A stretch of DNA of 53,225 bases from the IMG/VR virus record IMGVR_UViG_3300047157_000005, positions 1 to 53,225 of that record. One strand, given 5' to 3'. The translations under genes and the position numbers were made by a program. A model generated the notes under the pieces. It did no database searches. It worked only from the letters and a program-made list of their open reading frames with translations, and was not told the DNA's origin. Origin of the DNA: a virus. Its lineage: Duplodnaviria > Caudoviricetes. This document shows positions 38,093 to 46,107 of this stretch, in pieces; position 1 is the first letter of the stretch; each line of letters opens with the position of its first letter.

Positions 38093-39220
38093 TCACTGCC
38101 AAGTACCTTCGCCCCATCCATCTATACCCCAAGATGTTTCTATCTGCGTTCCTACTGTTCCAACACCGCCAGTTGAACCTACACCAGTTGGACGTGGAAG
38201 AGTATCAGCTTGCCAAGCACCATCGCCCCATGCGCCAATTCCCCAACCTAATCCGTTAGTACCAGATAGAATACTAACTGTTCCTGTACCTCCAGATCCG
38301 CCAACTCCTGTCTCAATTGCTTCAGATATTGAAACTTCTTCACCAACAGCACCTGTTGAACCTATACCTGAAATACCTGTAACAAGCAATTGAATGTTAC
38401 CATCACCAGAAATTCCGAAGCCTTCTGACTCGCCATCTCCAGAAACACCTGTTTGACCTAATTCTAATTCAGGAACTTCATTACCGATTGCGCCTGTACC
38501 ACCAACCCCATCTTCACCTATTTCTGTTTCAAAGGTTTCATTACCTACTGCACCTGTGCCACCAACGCCTGTCTCAGTTAATTCTAATTCAGGTACTTCA
38601 GAACCAACTGCACCTGTTCCAGCAACTCCAGCTGGGTCTACATCTGTTGTGATAAAGAGAGACTCATTACCTATTGCACCTGTACCTGATGCGCCACTTG
38701 CAATTGCATAATTTTCAATTAATTCAGAACCTATGGCTCCTATACTTGATACGCCACTTGGAACTGCATCATTTTGAATAATTTCAGAACCTATGGCTCC
38801 TGTACCAGATGTTCCGCTAACAGATACATCTTCATTATCAGATACATATGCATCTCCAACATTAGCCGCTCCAGATACCCCAGATACACTAAATATACGA
38901 TCATGGTGTATATCAACATAACCAGCTTCAGCTATAGACGGAACTCCAACAGGTGGCCTTGCCCTTGGATCTATTGTCCAATCTTGTGTAAATCCAATAT
39001 AGACAACAACATTTTCTGGATCGTTGTCTGGCCTACCATTAAATAGGGCAGTTGCGTCCACGATATTTTTAGCAGGAGTAAGTTGTGGGTGTTTTGGTTC
39101 CCAATCTTCAGGTGAAACACGCAAGCCATCCCAAGTCGTCTTCAGTTTGGTATACTTAACCCGAAGACCACTTCTGTCGCTTATCGCGTAGGATTTTTTT
39201 CCTCTTGCGTATTTCCCCAT
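38093..39220 (-). CDS. Structural protein: small conserved N-domain fused to Gly-rich ~20-aa repeats and GWG motifs
   Basis: AISDRSG...WEPKHPQL N-domain; repeats of the GVxGTGA[IV]GxE type; GWGIGAWG and SWGIDGWGEGTW. Confidence 0.65.
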   Translation of the reverse strand: MGKYARGKKSYAISDRSGLRVKYTKLKTTWDGLRVSPEDWEPKHPQLTPAKNIVDATALFNGRPDNDPENVVVYIGFTQDWTIDPRARPPVGVPSIAEAGYVDIHHDRIFSVSGVSGAANVGDAYVSDNEDVSVSGTSGTGAIGSEIIQNDAVPSGVSSIGAIGSELIENYAIASGASGTGAIGNESLFITTDVDPAGVAGTGAVGSEVPELELTETGVGGTGAVGNETFETEIGEDGVGGTGAIGNEVPELELGQTGVSGDGESEGFGISGDGNIQLLVTGISGIGSTGAVGEEVSISEAIETGVGGSGGTGTVSILSGTNGLGWGIGAWGDGAWQADTLPRPTGVGSTGGVGTVGTQIETSWGIDGWGEGTWQ

Positions 39221-39903
39221 TAAGATAAGTTCAGCGCAGTAGGCCGAATCCTTAAACTTACACCATCATTATCTGCCGAAGATGCAATGCTAAATGCGCG
39301 TTCATACATTTCATTTAGAAGTGTAAATTTTTCATTTGCAAATTTTATTGCTAACTTACTTGCCAACCCAGCACATATGCAATCGTTCCAACGATATGGA
39401 ATGTCTGCATCTTGATTAGATGCTGTAATGTCATCAAGCTGATTAACAGCCCAATAGACCATACTATATGTTGTCCTGTCAGGTATTTGCCAAATATAAA
39501 TCTTTGGAGTTATTTGACTATCCAACATATACTGACTTGGCTTACCACTAGATGTTTTGTTTGGAAGTTGATTGTAATCAGCAATAGATACACGATTTAT
39601 TATCTGGTCAGAAGTATCTGTGCCAGAACTGTCTCGTATCACCGCATCCATAATATCAATTGTCCCTGCTGGCAATGTGTATGGCGTAGTTTGACCATTC
39701 ACCAATGTCAGAGTTTTCTGTTCTACAGACCAATAGTTAATACCTCTATTAGCCCATTCAGAAAAAAGAAGGTTAAGACTGCGCCTTGCAGACACAGCCC
39801 TATCACCAGTTTGAGTTTGGGTATCAAGACCACAACGCTCAAATGCTTCAGCAATTATTTCTTCTACATTAGGTTTAAAGGCTACAGTTCCTGATAGTGC
39901 CAT
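39220..39903 (-). CDS. Head-tail connector-like structural protein
   Basis: EAFERCG...ARRSLNLLFSEWANRGINYW...PNKTSSGKPSQY. Confidence 0.7.
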   Translation of the reverse strand: MALSGTVAFKPNVEEIIAEAFERCGLDTQTQTGDRAVSARRSLNLLFSEWANRGINYWSVEQKTLTLVNGQTTPYTLPAGTIDIMDAVIRDSSGTDTSDQIINRVSIADYNQLPNKTSSGKPSQYMLDSQITPKIYIWQIPDRTTYSMVYWAVNQLDDITASNQDADIPYRWNDCICAGLASKLAIKFANEKFTLLNEMYERAFSIASSADNDGVSLRIRPTALNLS

Positions 39904-39912
39904 TTAAGCCTC

Positions 39913-40326
39913 CTAGTATTGCTTAATTGCGCGCATCACTATTTGATACGCATCTCCAACTGCACCTGCACCAGTTGTTGTAAACTTAATGTCACCACTA
40001 CCATTTGCTCCGTAATCGGCAGTGTTTGGTAAACCTCCGAATTTAGAGAAATCTTGATAACCTGATTGATTTTCATCAAGGTGCATAACTATAACGTCAG
40101 CATCAGCGTCTGCTAATACCTCTACAGTCATTGCCTTAATAACCCACCAACATTCTGCAATTCTTAATCCTGTGCAAGTGTCTCCATTTGCACTTTTAGT
40201 AAGAGCAGAAACATCAATTTTACTAACGGCACTTTCGTTGCCACCATCTACATACTGATACTGAAAAGCAAAAACTACTTCCCTAGTGTTTTCTGAAATT
40301 TTTGTTACTGTTTTAATATCCGCCAT
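39913..40326 (-). CDS. Structural hypothetical protein
   Basis: 137 aa, beta-rich; AGGAG RBS. Confidence 0.65.
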   Translation of the reverse strand: MADIKTVTKISENTREVVFAFQYQYVDGGNESAVSKIDVSALTKSANGDTCTGLRIAECWWVIKAMTVEVLADADADVIVMHLDENQSGYQDFSKFGGLPNTADYGANGSGDIKFTTTGAGAVGDAYQIVMRAIKQY

Positions 40327-40374
40327 TTGCTACTCCTATAGTTGTAGGTGGGGTTTCATCCCCACCATAAAGTT

Positions 40375-40845
40375 TTATGGACGAACAGGAGAGTTGTACG
40401 CTTGAGCATATAAAATCGTAATAACTGCAACACCAGCAGTAGTTCCTGCACTGCTTGTCACTGTAAGTTTAAGATCGGCAGTTCCTGTGTCAGCCCACTC
40501 ACCTGTACCACCACCTTGTGTAGTTACAGTTTTAAGACCAGCAGTCGTGCCAGATGCCAATGTATTTAAGATTGTTGTTGCGCCACCAACTGTATCACCA
40601 ACACTCAAGTTTGTTGTTGTGTTAGCCGCAGTAGACATATCAACTTTACAATCAATAATTTTAGATTTTGCTGGAATAACCATGTTGGTTGCACCTGCCG
40701 CAATAGCTCCATTTGATAGATCCATTGTGTGCGTTTGCATCATGACAACATAACCGACATTTGCTATGTCGCTTCCAACTGTTGTGCCTGTTGTGTTTTT
40801 GATAGTACCAGCCCGCACTGGGCCTGAGAATGTAGTTGTACCCAT
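40375..40845 (-). CDS. Capsid-associated/decoration-like protein
   Basis: MGTTTFSGPVR N-terminus; Thr/Gly-rich beta domain; downstream of the capsid gene. Confidence 0.6.
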   Translation of the reverse strand: MGTTTFSGPVRAGTIKNTTGTTVGSDIANVGYVVMMQTHTMDLSNGAIAAGATNMVIPAKSKIIDCKVDMSTAANTTTNLSVGDTVGGATTILNTLASGTTAGLKTVTTQGGGTGEWADTGTADLKLTVTSSAGTTAGVAVITILYAQAYNSPVRP

Positions 40846-40854
40846 AATAATCTC

Positions 40855-40895
40855 CTGTCAGGGTTAAAGTCAGTCACACCATGCGACTGTCAGGG
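40855..40895 (-). promoter_or_regulatory. 5' leader element: two CCCTGACAG direct repeats flanking a hairpin, next to the RBS
   Basis: CTGTCAGGG at 40855-40863 and 40887-40895; stem-loop 40871-40889. Confidence 0.5.
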
Positions 40896-40923
40896 ATAAA
40901 AGTACACTACAACAGCTTTAATT

Positions 40924-40953
40924 AAAAAGAAAGAGGCGATCCGAAGACCGCCT
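40924..40953 (-). terminator. Rho-independent terminator
   Basis: Minus strand AGGCGGTC-TTCG-GATCGCCT-CTTTCTTTTT. Confidence 0.85.
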
Positions 40954-40965
40954 TTGTTTTGTTGA

Positions 40966-41538
40966 TTACCAATCTTTGCCATTGATTTTTACTTTGGTAG
41001 GGCGTTGAATGATAGTCTGCCTTACACCTTCTCGAACACCATGATCTTTGACTTTAGCCATACACTCAACTGCATTGCCTTTGCCCCACTCATTAGAACC
41101 TTTGTATATCACAATATTCTCGTCAGCATCGCGGCAGATGTTGATGTAGCTTGTACCCCAGTTTCCACCATCCAACTCAACAACGTGCTTAACTGTAATA
41201 GTGAAAGCCTGACGCTCTCCCACTGTGCCGACAAACTCACACTTGCCATCTCTAGTAGCCCACTCAGCCTTTTGAGCCGCACGCTTGTCAATCATCTTGA
41301 CCATAGCGTTACGCATATTGTCAGTTGGCTTACCAAACTTATTAATACCTCTTTTAACGGCTGATAAAAAACCTTCACCATTTGAATCTTCAAATTCAAC
41401 AAAATCAATAATTTCTTGAGCGCGATCATCAGACGCGATCCAGTTTTTACGCTTTGTATTAGCGGCATTAGCCATTCTGTAATTGCGAATACTACTGTAA
41501 TAGTTAGCTTCGCCTGGGTGATTATCTATATATGCCAT
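40966..41538 (-). CDS. Moron-like gene with putative OB-fold C-terminus
   Basis: FVGTVGER...KVKDHGVREGVRQTIIQRP; has its own promoter and terminator. Confidence 0.65.
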   Translation of the reverse strand: MAYIDNHPGEANYYSSIRNYRMANAANTKRKNWIASDDRAQEIIDFVEFEDSNGEGFLSAVKRGINKFGKPTDNMRNAMVKMIDKRAAQKAEWATRDGKCEFVGTVGERQAFTITVKHVVELDGGNWGTSYINICRDADENIVIYKGSNEWGKGNAVECMAKVKDHGVREGVRQTIIQRPTKVKINGKDW

Positions 41539-41601
41539 TTTATAATTCCTTTATTTCTCTACCTATACACAATATATAGTACACTAAATAGAGTAATGCA
41601 A
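41539..41601 (-). promoter_or_regulatory. Sigma70-like promoter, third copy of the early promoter motif
   Basis: Minus strand TTGCAT-N17-TATATA...GTAGAGAAATAAAGGA. Confidence 0.6.
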
Positions 41602-41611
41602 GGGGGTAAGT

Positions 41612-41641
41612 AAAAAAAAGAGGCGACCCTAAGACCGCCTC
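41612..41641 (-). terminator. Rho-independent terminator after the capsid gene
   Basis: Minus strand GAGGCGGTC-TTAG-GGTCGCCTC-TTTTTTTT. Confidence 0.85.
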
Positions 41642-41670
41642 GATTAATCAAAATAATTTGATTTATTATA

Positions 41671-42570
41671 TTACGCGCCTTCTGATCCGAAGATACCACG
41701 CCAGTCAGTGAACCCGAAAGAATAACGCTCACGCACTTTGTAGCGCACGTTACCAGTTTCGAAATCACCTTCCATGCCTTTTTTCATAGGCGAGCGTTGG
41801 AACATTTTCAGTCCATCTGGAACATCAGTCTTGATGAAGAATGCATCCGCATCTGTTAGACGACGCATCACATGATAACCTTGTGGTAAGTAACCACCAG
41901 ATTTAATCGCATTGATGTCGTTGTCCGCAGTACCAGTGCGAAGTTGTGATTCCAACAAACGCTCTGCAACAAAAGTGTAAGCTGTTGGGATAACCAACTG
42001 CGTACCTTGAGCGGCAATTCTAAGACCACGATCATCTTTCATATCCGCTATTTGGATAAGAATTGACTCTAGTGATGTCTCAGACAAGTCAGCCGCTGTT
42101 GCTAACGTGTTAGACTGGTTACCATTTTGCGTTGGGTGAGCTGTACTTAAAAGAGTAGTACCATCTCCACCATTTGCAGTAGTTGCGTTATTTAAAACAT
42201 TTGCCGCTTTGATTTCCTTAGTGGAAGCCATTGAGCGTGCAAGTGCTTTTGTATAACGAGAAGCAATTGAGCCATACTGACCATCTTCTTCAGCTTCCTC
42301 AGTAATTGAGAACGCTAAAGCAACTGTTTCATGTTGGTAACGTGCAGTCCATTGTTGACCAGCATCATCATAAGATACTGCTGAACCTTCAGACTTTGTT
42401 GGTGCAGTACCGAAACCAGATAGAAGTACATCTTCTTCAAACGCTTTTTGTGAAGTGTTTGATGAGAAGACTGCTTCATATTCAGCAGGGTAGCTGTCAT
42501 ATTCGAGGCCAAACAAGGTGTTTAGACCTGGCTCAAGCATTTTAGCAAAACTTGCTCTATTCATAGCCAT
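41671..42570 (-). CDS. Major capsid protein
   Basis: LEPGLNTLFGLEY, TKALARSMASTKEIKAANVLN, GTADNDINAI, GDFETGNVRYKVRERYSFG; strong terminator follows. Confidence 0.88.
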   Translation of the reverse strand: MAMNRASFAKMLEPGLNTLFGLEYDSYPAEYEAVFSSNTSQKAFEEDVLLSGFGTAPTKSEGSAVSYDDAGQQWTARYQHETVALAFSITEEAEEDGQYGSIASRYTKALARSMASTKEIKAANVLNNATTANGGDGTTLLSTAHPTQNGNQSNTLATAADLSETSLESILIQIADMKDDRGLRIAAQGTQLVIPTAYTFVAERLLESQLRTGTADNDINAIKSGGYLPQGYHVMRRLTDADAFFIKTDVPDGLKMFQRSPMKKGMEGDFETGNVRYKVRERYSFGFTDWRGIFGSEGA

Positions 42571-42585
42571 GATTTAAATCCTTCC

Positions 42586-43138
42586 TTAAATACCAGCGAC
42601 ATTAGTACCAAGAAGGTGTTCGTTAAAGTAACCTCCATGATCGCGTTCGCACCAAAAGCATTGTCAGGTGCATCGTAAAGCGCAACGATCTTGCAAGAAG
42701 CTATTCCTGCCGCCATTGTGCCACTCAGTTCAAATCCAGATTGACCTGTTAAAGTCGAACCTGCCCCTGCAACAACATCACAGCAATTCATGATATTTGT
42801 TTGTGCAGGAGTTCCAGCAGACTGTGCTTTAAACACTGTGTACGGATCATCATATACATAAGCAATGATGTCAGTAGCAACTGTGCCTGAAGGCCAATAC
42901 TCACTGTAAACATATGATCCATCTGCGGCTGTATATGAACACCATCGAATACACCAATGTTGTTGGTTTCTGTTGCAGAATGAGGAGTAATAGTACCAGC
43001 CGCAACAACAATAACCATATCACCTTTGAAGATGTTTTCTGCAAGTCCACTTGCAATAGTATATTTGTTGGTGCGAGGCGCATTACCGCTCATGTGACGA
43101 ATCGGGACAAACCCGAATGCGGCGTCTACATTTGCCAT
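42586..43138 (-). CDS. Putative minor capsid/decoration protein (probable sequencing frameshifts near 42940 and 42625)
   Basis: MANVDAAFGFVP...IFKGD...GVFDG joins ...DDPYTVFKAQS... and ...NEHLLGTNVAGI. Confidence 0.65.
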
Positions 43139-43162
43139 TTTTTCGCTCCTATAGCGTTAGAG

Positions 43163-43647
43163 TTAATCGCTCATGGCAGAAAGATTTCTACCGCGACTTG
43201 AGGAAGACTTCCGTTCTTGATAGATTGGTTGTCCGTTACGCCGTCCTAAAGCATCTAGATCACTAGCAATTGATTCATTTTGCTCACCATTCTTACTAGA
43301 ATAGTATTCTTTCATTGATCTATGCCGTTCTTCTGGCATTTCACAAAGCAACATTCCTTCAATTCCAATTGAACCTGCCCACTGTCCGTGATTGATAGTC
43401 GGAAACAACTTACTCTTCACAGTCTCAGCTTTGCGTGCTTCCCATCCTTCACGCATACGTTTGTATACGTTGTCTGGCGTATCCTTCCCTTGAATCGAGG
43501 TAGCTACCCACCTTTGGACGAAACCTGGACGAGCTTCGGGTGCATCCAAAAGTGCTGGGGGTTTCCATGCCGTTTCTTGACGAGCTTGCTCATCGCCTCA
43601 CAGAGTTTCGAGTTTCGTTCTGCGCGCACATTTCTATTCTCAGTCAT
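43163..43647 (-). CDS. Conserved head-module protein (5' part frameshifted)
   Basis: DAPEARPGFVQRWV...REGWE...GMLLCEMP; TAATG-coupled ATG at 43647. Confidence 0.65.
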
Positions 43648-44570
43648 TATCTGGCTCCTTTTTGACGCCGTATTTCGGCTTCATATTGTTTAAGACCTTT
43701 TTCATCAGTGATTCCAAGTTCTCTAGCCATTTTGAGTTGTTCTTGCGACATTCTCACTCTATTGCCCTTGTAGTTTGACGAACCGCCTGTAGTTGGGGCG
43801 ACTGGGGGTCTACTTTTTGCTCGTGGTCTACTTGGACTTGATCCCGAAGATAACTCAGGAAAAACTTTTTGTAAACGATTGTTTAGATGATCGTAATATT
43901 CGTCAGAATTTTTGTCGTAACCTTCTAAGTCAAGTTGGACATCAATTGCACGAGCCGCCGCAGTTTCACGTTCAAAGCCAGCGGCATTAAACCAATTGTT
44001 TTGTTGCCACCACGACATAGCTTTTTGTGGAGCTGGGTTTTGCACAGCTTGTTGTGCGCGCCCAACTGTTGGAGATACAGCACGTTGCTGTTGTTGTTGC
44101 TTTTGCATCTCTGCAATTCGCATAGCCGCTCTCATGTCAGCCATTTGCTCTTGGAAGTTTACTTGAGCTTCTGTGTCACCTTCCTCCACAGCCTTGTGTA
44201 AAGCCTGTTTAGTTTGGCTGTAGCGATCATTGAACAGTTGCTCTGCGGATTGCTGAGAGCCTTGCTCTAGTCGCTCTAGTCGTTTCTGAAGCTGTGCATT
44301 TTGCTCTTGTATCTGTCGAGACTGTATCTCAGCGTCTCTACGTTGACTGACAAGTTTTTGAATACGCTTCTGGACTTTCGGCCCATAGTCGTCTTCTTCT
44401 TGTTCTGGCTTTGCTTGTTGCTTTTCTTCTGCAACATCCTTTGCCTCTTCAGCCGCTTCTTGAACTGGATCTTCTACGACTTCGATTTCAAAATCTTCAG
44501 AGCTTCCTTTAGCTCTTTTGATCTCGTCTTCGATTTCTTTCATTACATTGCTTTCTACCATTTGGTTCAC
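43647..44570 (-). CDS. Putative scaffolding protein
   Basis: Acidic coiled coil, VQKRIQKL, WWQQNNWF, C-terminal QLKMARELGI; upstream of the capsid gene. Confidence 0.7.
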   Translation of the reverse strand: MNQMVESNVMKEIEDEIKRAKGSSEDFEIEVVEDPVQEAAEEAKDVAEEKQQAKPEQEEDDYGPKVQKRIQKLVSQRRDAEIQSRQIQEQNAQLQKRLERLEQGSQQSAEQLFNDRYSQTKQALHKAVEEGDTEAQVNFQEQMADMRAAMRIAEMQKQQQQQRAVSPTVGRAQQAVQNPAPQKAMSWWQQNNWFNAAGFERETAAARAIDVQLDLEGYDKNSDEYYDHLNNRLQKVFPELSSGSSPSRPRAKSRPPVAPTTGGSSNYKGNRVRMSQEQLKMARELGITDEKGLKQYEAEIRRQKGAR

Positions 44571-44980
44571 CCCACATACGCGGCGACTTCAACACCTTCT
44601 GGCAAAATCGATGTTATTTCATCATCATTTAGCAGAAGGAACTTAACGCCTTTTACAACAAGTTTCTGACCAGCATATTTTCCATAGGTTATGCGATCTC
44701 CGACCTTTGGACTTACATCGGCACGCCATCGCTTGCCAGTGTCTCTGTCCCGATACGCTAAATCACCCAAGGCGCAAACTGTGCCATGAGCGGTAAGGTA
44801 TTCTTCATTGTCTTGTGATATTGTTGGCAGATGTAAGCCACCTGCTGTTTTAGTTTTAACCTGATTAGGTTGAACCAAGACCTTCCAATTTAAAGGTATC
44901 GGCAGTTGCTTTGAACTGATCTCTGATTCAGTTTCTTCGTCTTTATATATTCTGTCATGTTGATGAGACACGTTATACAT
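44567..44980 (-). CDS. groES: GroES/Cpn10-like co-chaperonin
   Basis: PLNWKVLV...KTAGGLHLP...GTVCALG...KVGDRITYGKYAG...LLNDDEI. Confidence 0.88.
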   Translation of the reverse strand: MYNVSHQHDRIYKDEETESEISSKQLPIPLNWKVLVQPNQVKTKTAGGLHLPTISQDNEEYLTAHGTVCALGDLAYRDRDTGKRWRADVSPKVGDRITYGKYAGQKLVVKGVKFLLLNDDEITSILPEGVEVAAYVG

Positions 44981-45170
44981 CCTCTTCGTTTATATTTTTA
45001 ATCGTTTCGAGGATAATATCTGACGCTTGCATTAAGCCTTCAGATATACCCACGTTTTTTTGATATGAATTGAAATCGGAAATCCGACCTTCAACCATAC
45101 TTTTAGCTATTTCTAGCTTCTCCTTCTCCAGATTTTTTCGGATCTGTTGGAGCAGATCGCTGACTGTCAT
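44973..45170 (-). CDS. Small helical protein upstream of GroES
   Basis: GGAGG RBS before MTVSDLL; DFNSYQKNVGISEGL. Confidence 0.7.
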   Translation of the reverse strand: MTVSDLLQQIRKNLEKEKLEIAKSMVEGRISDFNSYQKNVGISEGLMQASDIILETIKNINEEDV

Positions 45171-45237
45171 TCTTGACACCTCCTGTCATGGAGACACCTG
45201 TAACATGAACAGTTACGTCTTTACTTTCTGAAGCCAT
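45103..45237 (-). CDS. Micro-ORF, 44 aa (not in the track)
   Basis: TAATG-coupled with GGGAG RBS; MASESKDVTVHVTGVSMTGGVKNDSQRSAPTDPKKSGEGEARNS. Confidence 0.4.
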   Translation of the reverse strand: MASESKDVTVHVTGVSMTGGVKNDSQRSAPTDPKKSGEGEARNS

Positions 45238-45365
45238 TAATATCTCCCTTTTGATTTGGCCTTCTTCTTCTTTACTGTTTTTTTCTTTGTTTTAACAGCT
45301 TTCTTTTTTCCGTACTTCATTTTACTTCCTCCAGTCATTAACTTTCCAAAACTTGCGCGGTTCAT
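45237..45365 (-). CDS. Lys-rich micro-protein, 42 aa (not in the track)
   Basis: ATGA-coupled; MNRASFGKLMTGGSKMKYGKKKAVKTKKKTVKKKKAKSKGRY. Confidence 0.65.
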   Translation of the reverse strand: MNRASFGKLMTGGSKMKYGKKKAVKTKKKTVKKKKAKSKGRY

Positions 45366-45916
45366 CTGTACATTGATCCTGACTTAAAACTAAGTTTACT
45401 TTTTAGCTTACTTAAAAATGTAATAGTAGGTGGAGCGGCTTTTGTCAGTGCCTTTGCAAATCCAGCACCTATTACAGCATCATCTATCCCTCCATACAAA
45501 CGACTTCCTGTTTTTTGCAAAAAATTTCCTTCAATGGGTTCAGTTGATCCAGCGCCATGCGCTAACCCAGTTAAAGCTCCAAATTTAATTGGCCCTACTT
45601 TTTGTAAAGTTTTTGCAATTAATCCAGTTAACGCGGCAGGAACTGAGACAGGAGCAGACATAACCATGCCAGCAACCACTGGAGCAAATCCTGCGGCATC
45701 AATTGCTAGTGCTTTATTTGGGTTTTCGTTTTCATATCTATTAGCACTTTCTACAGCACTTCTTCTAGCTTGCTCAAACTCTTCTCCGCTTATTTGACCA
45801 GTTTTAAATAAGGCTTCCAATTCATCTCCAAAACCAAACAAAAAACTTTGTCCAGCATATCGTGCCGCGCCACCAGAATTTTCTGGAATATTATCTATAA
45901 ATTGTTCATCAGCCAT
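45362..45916 (-). CDS. Protein resembling the N-terminus of ejection proteins
   Basis: GQSFLFGFGDELEA motif; Gly/Ala-rich hydrophobic helices. Confidence 0.6.
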   Translation of the reverse strand: MADEQFIDNIPENSGGAARYAGQSFLFGFGDELEALFKTGQISGEEFEQARRSAVESANRYENENPNKALAIDAAGFAPVVAGMVMSAPVSVPAALTGLIAKTLQKVGPIKFGALTGLAHGAGSTEPIEGNFLQKTGSRLYGGIDDAVIGAGFAKALTKAAPPTITFLSKLKSKLSFKSGSMYR

Positions 45917-46107
45917 TACACGCTCCCACCTGACAACTCACGCGCCAGTATCTTTAATGTATCCGCAAAGCCTTTATCTAGCTCTTTAGCGGCTATTGCA
46001 AACTTTCTGGGAGAAATGTCATCAGACTTTAGACCACGGCGTTCTAAGAAGCTCTTTGCCGCTCTGATCTCTGCTTGCGCTACTTTTTTAACTGCCGCTT
46101 TAGCCAT
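45916..46107 (-). CDS. Small basic protein
   Basis: 63 aa; TAATG-coupled on both sides. Confidence 0.7.
   Translation of the reverse strand: MAKAAVKKVAQAEIRAAKSFLERRGLKSDDISPRKFAIAAKELDKGFADTLKILARELSGGSV

Noticed and set aside
38093-39000. Collagen-like protein
   Set aside because: Gly spacing is not a sustained G-X-Y triplet; the unit is about 20 aa.
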